DNA of 64,000 nucleotides from a bacterium (GTDB lineage: Bacteria; Patescibacteriota; Minisyncoccia; Phycocordibacterales; UBA2100). Position 1 is the stretch's first letter; each line of letters opens with the position of its first letter. The stretch lies in contig JAJXVV010000001.1 in the NCBI GenBank assembly GCA_021781955.1, forward strand, positions 95,519 to 159,518, read 5' to 3'. The notes beneath the pieces are model-generated. The model was not told the DNA's origin. It ran no database searches and saw only the letters and a list, made by a program, of their open reading frames with translations. Below, in pieces: positions 9,347 through 18,371 of the stretch. The position numbers and the translations under genes are program-made.

Positions 9347-9784
9347 ATGCGGAACTTCTCTCGCGTGAACACCGTACTCGGTCTCGTACTGCTAAGCGCG
9401 ACGCTCGCGCCAATGCTCGCGCTCGCGCAGCAGAACTGCACGACAGCAAGCGGTTTCGTGCAGCTCGCATGCACGCCCTCTGGCGCACTAAGCAACCTCT
9501 ATAGTTCGCAAGGGGACCTGAGCTCGTTCATCAACTCGCTCTTCAAATTCGCCATCGCGATCGGCGCCATAGGCGCCGTACTGCGGCTCGTGTACGCCGG
9601 ATATCTCTACATGGGTTCGGACCTCTGGAACAAGAAAAGCCAAGCAAAACAGATCATGAGCGACGTCACGATTGGCCTTCTGCTCCTCTTGGGCATCTGG
9701 CTCATTCTCTACCAGATCAACCCTGACATCGTCAGCCTGAGCGCGCTCAAGACCATCACGCCTCCGCAAACACAGTCGCAGTAA
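9347..9784 (+). CDS. TrbC/VirB2-like T4SS pilin
   Basis: Long signal peptide, mature N-terminus with 2 Cys, then two hydrophobic helices separated by a short charged loop (GSDLWNKKSQAKQ); the classic VirB2/TrbC architecture; ~145 aa. Confidence 0.5.
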   Translation: MRNFSRVNTVLGLVLLSATLAPMLALAQQNCTTASGFVQLACTPSGALSNLYSSQGDLSSFINSLFKFAIAIGAIGAVLRLVYAGYLYMGSDLWNKKSQAKQIMSDVTIGLLLLLGIWLILYQINPDIVSLSALKTITPPQTQSQ

Positions 9785-9810
9785 CACGTGCTCGACAATA
9801 TCCGCTGCGC

Positions 9811-10290
9811 TTAGTCCGCAGCGTACTTGATGACGACCCGCCGGTTGCGGCCTTCGCCCTGCGATTCGGTCTTGATGTGAGGCGCGTCGTGAAGCGTCGT
9901 ATGGACGATGAGGCGCTCGTACGCGGTCATGGGGGAGAGCTCGACGTCGTACTGGAACGAGCGCGCCCGCTCCGCCATCATGAATGCTTTGGTCTGTAGT
10001 TCTTTGATCTGCTTCGTCCGATAGTCGTTGACGTCAACGAGGAACAGCGCCCCGCCATGCTTCTCGTCCGCATCCGCTCCTTCGGGAGGCGGGTTGCGTC
10101 GCTCATATATCTTTTTCACGAGCAAGTCTATCGCATGAATGGTGTCGCCGTGGCCTCCGATGAGGGTCCGCGCGTCATCGGTCCGTATCGAGTATATCTC
10201 CTGACCAGCTAACACCTCCTTCTCGACGGAGGAGTACGCCATGCCGCTGGAATCGAGCAGTTCTTTGATGATAGCCTCAGGAGAATTCAT
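9811..10290 (-). CDS. khpB: Jag/KhpB R3H-domain RNA-binding protein
   Basis: R3H signature HGDTIHAIDLL and KH-like N-terminus; located downstream of yidC as in the conserved rpmH-rnpA-yidC-jag operon. Confidence 0.8.
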   Translation of the reverse strand: MNSPEAIIKELLDSSGMAYSSVEKEVLAGQEIYSIRTDDARTLIGGHGDTIHAIDLLVKKIYERRNPPPEGADADEKHGGALFLVDVNDYRTKQIKELQTKAFMMAERARSFQYDVELSPMTAYERLIVHTTLHDAPHIKTESQGEGRNRRVVIKYAAD

Positions 10291-10341
10291 GGAGTGACTC
10301 TACCACAGAGCGTCCCAGGTTCCAAAAAACGCGCAGAACGC

Positions 10342-11079
10342 TTACTGTTTCGGCCGAAAACGCCTCCCTGCGAGGAGTTCTTGCCCGATCATGAAAACAT
10401 TGCTCGTGACCCAATAGAGCGGCGCGGCCGCGGCAACGGTATAGCCGATGACTCCGATCATCGCGGGCAGGACGTAGCGAGCCTGAAGATCGAAGCTCCT
10501 CGCCATGTCCCCCGAGAGCGAGGCCTCCACCGGGGTCGATTCCGGAACTTTCTCGCGCGGCCCCATGGAGAGCCTCGTGTAGGTGAACTGCGTCGCCGCC
10601 GCAAGGAGCGCAAGGAGCGCGCTGCGCGCGCTCATGTCGATGAGCCCCAAGAAATGCATGTTTATAGACGCTGGCACGTGAACGAACGAATAGAGCAGAT
10701 TTGCGTGCACGTCGGGAAACCCACTCCGGTAAAAGACCCAGTAGAGCGCGATCAGAATGGGGAACTGTATGAGCACGAGGCCGAAGCTCGCGAACGGGTG
10801 TATGCCGCGCTCTTTATAGAGCGCAAAAACCGCCTGGCTTTGCTCCGGCGAGTTCTTCTTGTATTTTTTCTTCACTTCCTCGACCTCCGGCGCGATCTTC
10901 TTCATCGCCAATTGCGCTTCGACTGCCCGACGTGAAAGCGGGTAGAGAATGACGCGCACAACGACAGTGAGCGCTACCACCGCGAGCCCCATATCATGAT
11001 AGGGGAGGATGCCGACCAAAAAAACGAGCCCGTTGTAGAGCGGGTTGTAGATAAGCGTCGAAAACAAGGCCGAAAGCAT
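10342..11079 (-). CDS. yidC: YidC/SpoIIIJ membrane protein insertase (short Gram-positive-like form)
   Basis: Multi-TM 245 aa protein with motifs LVLIQFPILIALYWVF and YPLSRRAVEAQ; conserved operon context. Confidence 0.85.
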   Translation of the reverse strand: MLSALFSTLIYNPLYNGLVFLVGILPYHDMGLAVVALTVVVRVILYPLSRRAVEAQLAMKKIAPEVEEVKKKYKKNSPEQSQAVFALYKERGIHPFASFGLVLIQFPILIALYWVFYRSGFPDVHANLLYSFVHVPASINMHFLGLIDMSARSALLALLAAATQFTYTRLSMGPREKVPESTPVEASLSGDMARSFDLQARYVLPAMIGVIGYTVAAAAPLYWVTSNVFMIGQELLAGRRFRPKQ

Positions 11080-11085
11080 GCCGTG

Positions 11086-11439
11086 TTATTGTAGCGCGCT
11101 GTCACCCTTGGCGCCAACGACGCCGGACCGCTCGGCAAGCGACCGCAGATCTTCCTTGAGCGCCGCGAACGACGCATCAGCGGCGCTTCGCTTCGCATGG
11201 AAGATGAGTGCGATCGGCGCGCGGCTATTCTGCAGGAGCGGAGCGAGCACTGCGCGGGCTCGCCTCTTCACGAGATTACGCGAAACCGCTTTTGCGGAGG
11301 CCTTTTTTGATACAACGCATGCCCACTTAATGCCGTCCCCACATCGGGCGACCGAGAGAGAGAAGTGCGCACCATACACCCGTCTCAGCGGTTGCAGTGA
11401 CTTGAAATCATCGCTTGAGAGGCGTTGGGAATGTGCCAT
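11086..11439 (-). CDS. rnpA: Ribonuclease P protein component
   Basis: 117 aa basic protein, motif VSRNLVKRRARAVL; immediately downstream of rpmH. Confidence 0.8.
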   Translation of the reverse strand: MAHSQRLSSDDFKSLQPLRRVYGAHFSLSVARCGDGIKWACVVSKKASAKAVSRNLVKRRARAVLAPLLQNSRAPIALIFHAKRSAADASFAALKEDLRSLAERSGVVGAKGDSALQ

Positions 11440-11441
11440 CG

Positions 11442-11576
11442 CTACACCGAGAGTTTCGCGCGGCCCTTGCGGCGGCGGCGCTGGAGCACGCGGCGCCCGG
11501 TGGGGGAAGCGCTACGCTTCAAAAAACCGTGCGTGCGGGCTCGCTTGCGTTTCTTTGGCTGCCACGTGCGTTTCAT
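11442..11576 (-). CDS. rpmH: 50S ribosomal protein L34
   Basis: Hand-translated minus-strand ORF absent from the track (44 aa): [44 protein letters not shown], canonical L34. Confidence 0.85.
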   Translation of the reverse strand: MKRTWQPKKRKRARTHGFLKRSASPTGRRVLQRRRRKGRAKLSV

Positions 11577-11705
11577 GCGCACAACTATACCTATTTTCCG
11601 CTCAGGCACAAGAGCGACTAATGCTCGCCGCCAATCCCCACACTATCCACACCTTATACACTCACGCGGCATGCACTTCGAACACTTCCCTTGTATGGCG
11701 GCGCG

Positions 11706-11711
11706 CGTATA
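11706..11711 (+). promoter_or_regulatory. TATAAT -10 element upstream of dnaA; DnaA-box-like CTATCCACA at ~11643-11651
   Basis: Perfect TATAAT 32 nt upstream of the dnaA start; 8/9 match to TTATCCACA in the rpmH-dnaA spacer. Confidence 0.35.
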
Positions 11712-11742
11712 ATGGGGAACTCCGTATGAATTTTCGCTCCGT

Positions 11743-13104
11743 ATGACGATGACGACGATGAGCAATAGAGAGTTGTGGCAGAACGCCCTCGTACAGATCG
11801 AGCTCGGCACTTCACAGGCTTCGTTCCGAACCTGGTTCAAGAACACCGACATCACGAGCCACAACGGCGGAACAGTGCAGATAGCCGTACCGTCGAAGAT
11901 CGTGAAGGAGTGGCTTATGGACAAACACCACAAGCTTATTTTGCGCGCGCTGCGCTCCCTCGACGACACTATCCGTACCGTCGAATACTCGGTCCACCGC
12001 ACCGCCATACCCACTGAGCGCAAACCGGTCCGCGAACCCATTCCCGAGAACGCGTCCCTCGACCTCGGTTCGCTCTATATAGATAAACGGGATAATCTGA
12101 ACCCGCGCTACACATTCGACACTTTCGTCGTCGGCCCTTTTAATGAGCTCGCGCATGCGGCGGCACAGGCGGTCCTTGAACGTCCCGGCCTTATGTACAA
12201 TCCGCTTTTCATTTATGGAGCGACGGGACGAGGCAAAACACACCTCATTCAGGCGATCGGCAACTACTTCAAGAAGACCCGCACCAACAAGAAGGTGCTC
12301 TACGTGACCTCCGAGCGGTTTTCCGTAGACTACATCAATGCGGTGCGCGCCGGACACGCAAACAACTTCAAGGATCAGTACCGCCAGTACGACGTGCTCA
12401 TCATGGATGATGTCCAATTCATCGCGAACACGGAAAAGACCCAGGAAGAACTCTTTCACCTCTTCAATGTGATGCGCGATAACAACAAACAGATCGTGTT
12501 CTCCTCCGATAAACACCCCGCGCTTCTTCCGGGGCTCGAGGAACGCCTTAAGGGACGCTTCGCCTCTGGTATGATCGCCGAAATACCGGAACCGGACCTT
12601 GAATCGCGCCTCTCGATCATTCGGGCGAAACTTGAAAGCCACGGCTTCTCGCTCCCGGAGGACATAATCACGTACATTGCCGAAAACTTACGCGGCAACA
12701 TCAGGGAGATCGAGGGCGTGCTTAATATGATCGTCTGTAAATCACAACTCAAAGGCCGCGGGGTCTCGCACGCCGACGTCCGCACCCTTATCAAACACAA
12801 CATCAAGCCGAACAGGGGGGTTTCGATTGATGAGGTAGTGCGTCGTATCGCGCAATACTACGAGATCGCAGAAAAGAGCATCTACGAAAAAACGAGAAAA
12901 AAGGAGGTGGTGAAGCCGCGCCAAATCATCATGTATATCCTGCGAGAGGAATTTAATGTGTCGTACCCGACGATCGGCGAGAAACTCGGAGGCAGAGACC
13001 ACACAACCGTCATCCACTCATGTGAAAAAATAAAAGAGGAAGTGAAATCAAACCCGTCGCTCGAACAAGAGCTTGATTATATCCGCACCATTATCCATGC
13101 ATAA
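11743..13104 (+). CDS. dnaA: Chromosomal replication initiator DnaA
   Basis: AAA+ motifs GATGRGKTHLIQAIGNYF, box VII, C-terminal DNA-binding helix; 453 aa. Confidence 0.95.
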   Translation: MTMTTMSNRELWQNALVQIELGTSQASFRTWFKNTDITSHNGGTVQIAVPSKIVKEWLMDKHHKLILRALRSLDDTIRTVEYSVHRTAIPTERKPVREPIPENASLDLGSLYIDKRDNLNPRYTFDTFVVGPFNELAHAAAQAVLERPGLMYNPLFIYGATGRGKTHLIQAIGNYFKKTRTNKKVLYVTSERFSVDYINAVRAGHANNFKDQYRQYDVLIMDDVQFIANTEKTQEELFHLFNVMRDNNKQIVFSSDKHPALLPGLEERLKGRFASGMIAEIPEPDLESRLSIIRAKLESHGFSLPEDIITYIAENLRGNIREIEGVLNMIVCKSQLKGRGVSHADVRTLIKHNIKPNRGVSIDEVVRRIAQYYEIAEKSIYEKTRKKEVVKPRQIIMYILREEFNVSYPTIGEKLGGRDHTTVIHSCEKIKEEVKSNPSLEQELDYIRTIIHA

Positions 13105-13325
13105 GATGTGGATACTCACTTAGTAGAATGTGAGTATGTGTATCAATAAAACAACCGAACCAGCAAAAAAATCACTGTCCACACACTCGCCAATACTTCA
13201 TCAAGAACATTTCCACACACACCACCCGCAAAAAAAACATCATTCTTCAACCTAAAATCAACTTCTCCACACTATCAACACCCCTAATAGTAATAATAGG
13301 ATTTTTAATAAAAAAGATATCCACT
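13105..13325. promoter_or_regulatory. Candidate oriC: AT-rich dnaA-dnaN spacer with a DnaA-box cluster and DNA unwinding element
   Basis: Local AT-rich island in a ~62% GC window; five motifs matching TTATCCACA at 7-8 of 9 positions in one orientation (TGTGGATAC 13107-13115 on the opposite strand, CTGTCCACA, ATTTCCACA, TTCTCCACA, ATATCCACT); AT tract aatagtaataataggatttttaataaaaaag at 13285-13315. Confidence 0.55.
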
Positions 13326-14423
13326 ATGAAGATGAAGATCCGGGTTGAAAAACTCCTTGGTGCGGTACTCCTCGCGGAGCGAGTGGTGGGCAAGAAGGAA
13401 TCACTTCCAATACTTTCCTGTATTCTCATCGAGGCACGTAAAAATAATGTTCGCGTGAAAGCGACGAATCTTGAGTCCGGTTTAGAGATCGTTATACCGG
13501 GAGATGTTGGTGTGGATGGTGTGGTGGCGGTACCGGCCGCTATCTTATCGCAAACACTCAGGTCTATTTCTGGGGAGATGGTCGAGTGCTCGGTTGAAGA
13601 GGGGAATCTCGCGATAAACACAAAAAAAACAAAAACCCTCATAAAGGCGGTACCTCACGACGAGTTCCCATTACTCCTAAAAACAACAGAAGAAGGTGGT
13701 GTTAGTATTCCCAAACAAGAGCTAATCAAAATCATACAGTCGGTTTCCTACGCGGCATCCCCATCCATGGTTCGGCCAGAGCTCGGCAGCATCTTCATTT
13801 CCATGAATGCGAGCTCGATGCTCTCGGTCGCGACCGATTCGTTCCGGTTGGCTGAAAAGGCCATTCCCATGCATGGGAAGGGTTCGGTCGAACTTTTGAT
13901 ACCACTTAAACATGCCCAGGAGCTTGCGCGTATACTCGAATATGTCGTTGCGGAGACGGTATCCATGTTCGCAGGGGATTCACAGGTGGTGGTGCGCGCC
14001 GATGGTGTGTCATACGTCTCCCGTGTTATTGAGGGTAATTTCCCAAACTACAAAGAGATCCTACCGAAGAGTTTCATGACGGAAGCCACACTCCTTAAGG
14101 GTGAATTCGCGGACATGCTGCGTAAGGCGCGGGTGTTCGCTGGGTCCGATCAACACGTCGGGCTTCATGTGTACCCAAAACGGAAGGTTTTTAGCGCGAC
14201 CGCACACAATACTGAGGTTGGTGAGATGTCGGACGTGATCGATGCCGCGCTCACGGGTGAGGATATCGATATTAATTTCCACATAGGCTATCTTGGCGAC
14301 TGTCTCGCTTCGATCGAGGCTGACTCCATCACCCTCGGCTTCTCCGGCGCGGGGAAACCTCTCGTGATGCGAGGCGCGTCGGACGCATCGTTCACCTACC
14401 TGGTGATGCCGCTCAATCGGTAA
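13326..14423 (+). CDS. dnaN: DNA polymerase III beta sliding clamp
   Basis: 365 aa; three-domain clamp-like sequence; canonical position after dnaA. Confidence 0.9.
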   Translation: MKMKIRVEKLLGAVLLAERVVGKKESLPILSCILIEARKNNVRVKATNLESGLEIVIPGDVGVDGVVAVPAAILSQTLRSISGEMVECSVEEGNLAINTKKTKTLIKAVPHDEFPLLLKTTEEGGVSIPKQELIKIIQSVSYAASPSMVRPELGSIFISMNASSMLSVATDSFRLAEKAIPMHGKGSVELLIPLKHAQELARILEYVVAETVSMFAGDSQVVVRADGVSYVSRVIEGNFPNYKEILPKSFMTEATLLKGEFADMLRKARVFAGSDQHVGLHVYPKRKVFSATAHNTEVGEMSDVIDAALTGEDIDINFHIGYLGDCLASIEADSITLGFSGAGKPLVMRGASDASFTYLVMPLNR

Positions 14424-16874
14424 TTATTGGACCGCGAAGGTCACACTAGCGACACTTGTTGAGCCATCAGGATGGAAACCGACCGCGCGCAAGGTCATGG
14501 CGCCCGGTGATCGAGGTGTGAAAGGAATTTCATAGGGTGAAGCGGTGGAGCCGATGAGCGACCCGTTCAGGTAGTAGGAGATGGTAGTGATAGGCGCATT
14601 CGATGTTTGGGTCGATTTGAGGATGATGGTCGTCCCAATCGGGATGATGGCGCCCGCTTGCGGCGAAGTAATATGAATATCTGGTTGCGCGACTGGCGCT
14701 TGAGTGGGCGACGCGGATTGCGAGGGGGTGTTGATTGGTGAGTTGAGCCCGGCTCCCGTGGTCAGGCCAGGGTTCTCCTCCGCCCAGAGTTTCACGGGGT
14801 ATTCCCAGTAAGTGAACTGCGGATCGCTCTCAGGGTTGGTTGGTTGGCCGCCGAGCGGGTTATTTTTGTTGATCCAGTAGAGGATGCTGTGCACGCCTTG
14901 CGCGGGGTCGGTGTTCCAGTTCCCGGTCAAGACCGGCGGCAGGGAAGCGAGGTTGGGGTTTGGCGCGGGAGGCGGGAAGGTATCGGTAGGGGAGGAATAT
15001 TTCTGGAGCGCCTGCATCATGAAGTCGTGCCACATCGGCGCGATGATGAACGCGGAGATCTTCTTCGCCATCGGCGTGTTGTCATTGTTGCCGGCCCACG
15101 CACCAACCGCGATTGATGGCGTATAGCCTAAGACCCACACGTCGCGGAAGTCGTTGGTCGTTCCGGTTTTATCAGCAACGTCGTAGCCATCGAACTGGAG
15201 CGGGCTCTCCAGTCCGAAATCAGGCTCGCGCGCGGTGTTATCGGAGAGCATGTCATTGATCTGCCGCGCGATTTGCCGATCGAGTACCTGCTGGGGCTGT
15301 TGTTGGTAGCTCTCGAGCACCTTGCCGGTATTATCGGTCACCTGAAGAACGCCGGTCGGCGGATTCTTCACGCCGTCGTTGGCGAACACGGCATAGGCGC
15401 CGGTCATCTCGAGAAGGTTTACCTCGCCGCCGCCTAAAACGAGCGTGAGGCCGTATTTGCTCGGGTCGCCGAGGGTGGTGATGCCGAGTGATTGCGCGGT
15501 CGCGAGCGAATCGTTGATGCCGGCCAGGTAAAGCACTTTGACGGCCGGGACATTCTCCGATTGCGCGAGCGCGTCGCGGAAGCTCATTGGCCCCTTGAAC
15601 TTGCCGTTAAAATTGACGGGCGCGTAACAGGGCGGCGTACTGTTTGTCGTATCTTGCGGAGAACAGGCGGTGGAGAATTGGGTCGGCAGGTCGAAGACGA
15701 CCGTGTCCGGCGTGTAGCCTTTCTCGAGGGCGGTCGCGTACACGAACGGCTTGAACGACGAGCCCGGTTGCCGCAACGCAAGCGTCACATTAACCTGTCC
15801 ATCGATCGCGTTGTTGAAGTAGTCGCGCGATCCGACCATCGCGAGGATCTGACCGGTCTTCGGGTCGATGGCGACAATGCCCTCATTGCTCGCATTGAAA
15901 TCTTGCTGCATTTTATCGCCCCACTTCGCGACTGTCGCTTCCGCTTTCTGCTGGAGATCGTAGTCGAGTGTCGTGATGACGCGCAGTCCTCCGTTTTCGA
16001 CCGCATCGGTCCCATACTTTTGTTCGAGATAGTCGAGGACGTAAAAGACGAAGTGCGGGGCTTTGATCCCGGCATTACTCGGCGGCTTGAACTGCACTTG
16101 CTCGCCGATGGCCTGGTTGTACTCGTCCTGCGTGATGAAACCGAGGTCTTTCATGCGACCCAGAATGTAGTTCTTGCGCGCGTCGAGATCGGATCTATGG
16201 TTACCGTAGGGTGAATAGTAGGTAGGTGCCTGCGGCAGCGCGGCAATGTAGGCGGATTGCGCGAGATCGAGATCCTTGGCATCGACCCCGAAAAAGGCTT
16301 GGCTCGCCTCCTGTACGCCGTAGATAGTGCCGCCGTACGGCGTTTCATTAAGGTAGGCATTGAGGATGTCGTTCTTCGAATACGTTTGCGTGAGGCGGAG
16401 CGCGAGGATGATCTCCTCTATCTTGCGGGGGATAGTTTTGTCCTGCGTCAAGAGCGCGTTCTTTACGACTTGCTGCGTGATGGTCGAACCACCTTGCGCA
16501 TAGGAGTGTGTAAAGAGATCGATGAATGCCGCGCGCAAAAAGGAAAGCGGACGGAAACCGGCATTGGTATAGAAGGTGTCGTCCTCGGTCGCGATGGTCG
16601 CCTCCTGAACGTAGGAGCTTATCTCGTTGAGCGGGACCGAGGTGCGCCGTACGCTGCCGCTCATGTCGTAAAGAACGATGTTGCCGGTGCGATCGTAGAT
16701 CTTGGTCGATTGTGCGACCTGGCGGTTCTCGAAGTTGTTGATGGCCGGTATCGGCGTGAATGTCGCCCAGAGCACGGTTGCCCCGAGAATGAGGAAGACG
16801 ATCGCTCCAATCACGAGCAAGCTGACCTCAAGCCACGCGGGGACCCTGCGCCGCATTTTTCGCAGCGATTTCAT
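14424..16874 (-). CDS. mrcA: Class A penicillin-binding protein (bifunctional transglycosylase/transpeptidase) with C-terminal Ig-like extension
   Basis: N-terminal TM anchor; GT51 motifs EDDTFYTNAGF and GGSTITQQVVKN; transpeptidase domain; 816 aa. Confidence 0.9.
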   Translation of the reverse strand: MKSLRKMRRRVPAWLEVSLLVIGAIVFLILGATVLWATFTPIPAINNFENRQVAQSTKIYDRTGNIVLYDMSGSVRRTSVPLNEISSYVQEATIATEDDTFYTNAGFRPLSFLRAAFIDLFTHSYAQGGSTITQQVVKNALLTQDKTIPRKIEEIILALRLTQTYSKNDILNAYLNETPYGGTIYGVQEASQAFFGVDAKDLDLAQSAYIAALPQAPTYYSPYGNHRSDLDARKNYILGRMKDLGFITQDEYNQAIGEQVQFKPPSNAGIKAPHFVFYVLDYLEQKYGTDAVENGGLRVITTLDYDLQQKAEATVAKWGDKMQQDFNASNEGIVAIDPKTGQILAMVGSRDYFNNAIDGQVNVTLALRQPGSSFKPFVYATALEKGYTPDTVVFDLPTQFSTACSPQDTTNSTPPCYAPVNFNGKFKGPMSFRDALAQSENVPAVKVLYLAGINDSLATAQSLGITTLGDPSKYGLTLVLGGGEVNLLEMTGAYAVFANDGVKNPPTGVLQVTDNTGKVLESYQQQPQQVLDRQIARQINDMLSDNTAREPDFGLESPLQFDGYDVADKTGTTNDFRDVWVLGYTPSIAVGAWAGNNDNTPMAKKISAFIIAPMWHDFMMQALQKYSSPTDTFPPPAPNPNLASLPPVLTGNWNTDPAQGVHSILYWINKNNPLGGQPTNPESDPQFTYWEYPVKLWAEENPGLTTGAGLNSPINTPSQSASPTQAPVAQPDIHITSPQAGAIIPIGTTIILKSTQTSNAPITTISYYLNGSLIGSTASPYEIPFTPRSPGAMTLRAVGFHPDGSTSVASVTFAVQ

Positions 16875-16910
16875 GTTGAATCGCAGTATAGCGCTTCTCT
16901 CGGCTTTCTC

Positions 16911-17390
16911 CTACCGCTCATACGCGAGACATGTCACGCCGACCGCGATCGCGTCGTACTCGTCGTCGAGCATGCCGCGTTTCTCAATGCTCAATAGCGC
17001 ATGCAGCATTTTGGCGACCGCACGCTTATCGGCCGAGCCGAAGCCGGCTGCGGCGCTTTTGATCTGTCCAGGCGTGTATTCGAACACCGGGAGATTCGCC
17101 TGCGCGGCGACGTTCAAGAGCGCGCCGCGCACCTCGGCGACGCGCATCGCGGTCTTTTGATTCTTTTGGAAAAAGAGACGTTCCATCGCGAGCGCGTTCG
17201 GCCCATATGTCTCAATGAGCCGCACGCACGCGTCGGTGACGGCCGCGAGGCGCTCCGGAAAGTCGTCTTTCGCGGATGTTTCGATGCAATCAGAATGCAC
17301 GAGCCTATCCCTGCCGTTCGTTTTCTCGACCACCGCCACCCCGCAGCGGCCGTATCCAGGATCGATCGCGAGCACTTTCATGCTCGGCAT
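16911..17390 (-). CDS. ruvC: Holliday junction resolvase RuvC
   Basis: MKVLAIDPGYGRCGVAVVE start; 159 aa RuvC fold signature. Confidence 0.9.
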   Translation of the reverse strand: MPSMKVLAIDPGYGRCGVAVVEKTNGRDRLVHSDCIETSAKDDFPERLAAVTDACVRLIETYGPNALAMERLFFQKNQKTAMRVAEVRGALLNVAAQANLPVFEYTPGQIKSAAAGFGSADKRAVAKMLHALLSIEKRGMLDDEYDAIAVGVTCLAYER

Positions 17391-17400
17391 TGTACCGCGC

Positions 17401-17931
17401 TCATTCCGCGTTCGCGTGAACGCTCTCGACGTCGTCGTGGTCGTCGATTTTCTGCAAGATCTGCATGAGTTTGTCGTTGTCGTCGCTCGAAAGCGGTACG
17501 GTGGTTTTGGCCTCCCATCCCTCCGCCGTTTTTTCGAATGCCCAGAGCGCCGAGCCGGGGGAGGCGAGCGAAAGCCCCTGCTCGGAGAGCAGGTGTTTGA
17601 TCTCCTGCGCGGTTCGATTTCGGCTGTCGGTCAACGCCTCGATAATGATGGCGGAGCCGCCGGGACCATAGGTTTCGTAGGTGACGGCCTCGAGCGCTGC
17701 CGCATCGGCCGCGATGCCTTTGGCGACCGCGCGCTCGATCGTGTCTTTGGGCATGTTCGCTTTCTTCGCCGTCTCAATGACGGTTCGAAGCGTTGGCGAG
17801 TTGACGTCGCCGCCAGCTTTTTTGCTCTCGACCGAGATGCGCTTGCCGAGCTTGCCCCAGAGGTTGCTTTTGGCGGCATCCGCCGCGCCTTTCTGCCGCT
17901 TTATTTGTGCCCACTTATTATGACCTGACAT
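17401..17931 (-). CDS. yebC: YebC/PmpR-family transcriptional regulator (shortened, 176 aa)
   Basis: N-terminus MSGHNKWAQIKRQKGAADAAKSNLWGKLGKRI is canonical YebC; ~70 aa shorter than the usual 240-250 aa. Confidence 0.85.
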   Translation of the reverse strand: MSGHNKWAQIKRQKGAADAAKSNLWGKLGKRISVESKKAGGDVNSPTLRTVIETAKKANMPKDTIERAVAKGIAADAAALEAVTYETYGPGGSAIIIEALTDSRNRTAQEIKHLLSEQGLSLASPGSALWAFEKTAEGWEAKTTVPLSSDDNDKLMQILQKIDDHDDVESVHANAE

Positions 17932-18005
17932 AATCCATCTGCGTGCTTAGCCTCCAGGGTATAGGGAATAAGAAAATAATGCAAAGACACAGATTCGCGC
18001 ACAAG

Positions 18006-18050
18006 TTATCCACATAGGTATCCACCGTTATTCGCACGAGAAATCCACGG
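18006..18050 (+). promoter_or_regulatory. Array of DnaA-box-like motifs at helical spacing (TTATCCACA, GTATCCACC, TTATTCGCA, AAATCCACG)
   Basis: Perfect TTATCCACA at 18006-18014 followed by three xxATCCAC variants spaced 10-13 bp apart, same orientation; upstream of the yebC-ruvC operon and of the terminator-flanked non-coding stretch. Confidence 0.35.
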
Positions 18051-18342
18051 TTTCGCTGCCCGACGAGCACGCGGCGTTCATGAGGAATGCCGTACCATCA
18101 AGGGTCTGATGCGCCTTACCGTGCGTCAGCATCGCCAGCGAATCGCGCGCAAGCGCGAGGAGGAAGCGGTCGCTCCGTGAGTCTGTCCCGACGAATGTCG
18201 GGAGACACTGCGGGAGCAGTCGGCCAGAAGTGGTGGGATTGGTGCGGGAGCGAGGCCACATGCATCGCTTTCGGGCTCGCGCGTAGAGATCGTATCGAAG
18301 CGCGCGACCGCGCCTGCCGTAGATCCAAAATGGCCGAAACGA

Positions 18343-18371
18343 AAACGCCTCCCTTTTGGGGAGGCGTTTTC
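18343..18371. terminator. Bidirectional rho-independent terminator AAAACGCCTCCC-TTTT-GGGGAGGCGTTTT
   Basis: Perfect 8-9 bp GC-rich stem, 4 nt loop, flanked by A4 and T4 tracts. Confidence 0.7.

Noticed and set aside
13091-13099. TTATCCATG DnaA-box-like motif inside the dnaA 3' coding region
   Set aside because: Only 7/9 and within coding sequence. Counted as background rather than part of the origin cluster.
17932-18340. SRP RNA, tmRNA, RNase P RNA or 6S identity for the terminator-flanked non-coding stretch
   Set aside because: Could not find the conserved SRP helix-8 motif (GGAAGCAGCC), RNase P P4 (AGGAAAGUCCGGGCUCC) or a tmRNA tRNA-like end by eye. Left as an unassigned candidate rather than a named RNA.
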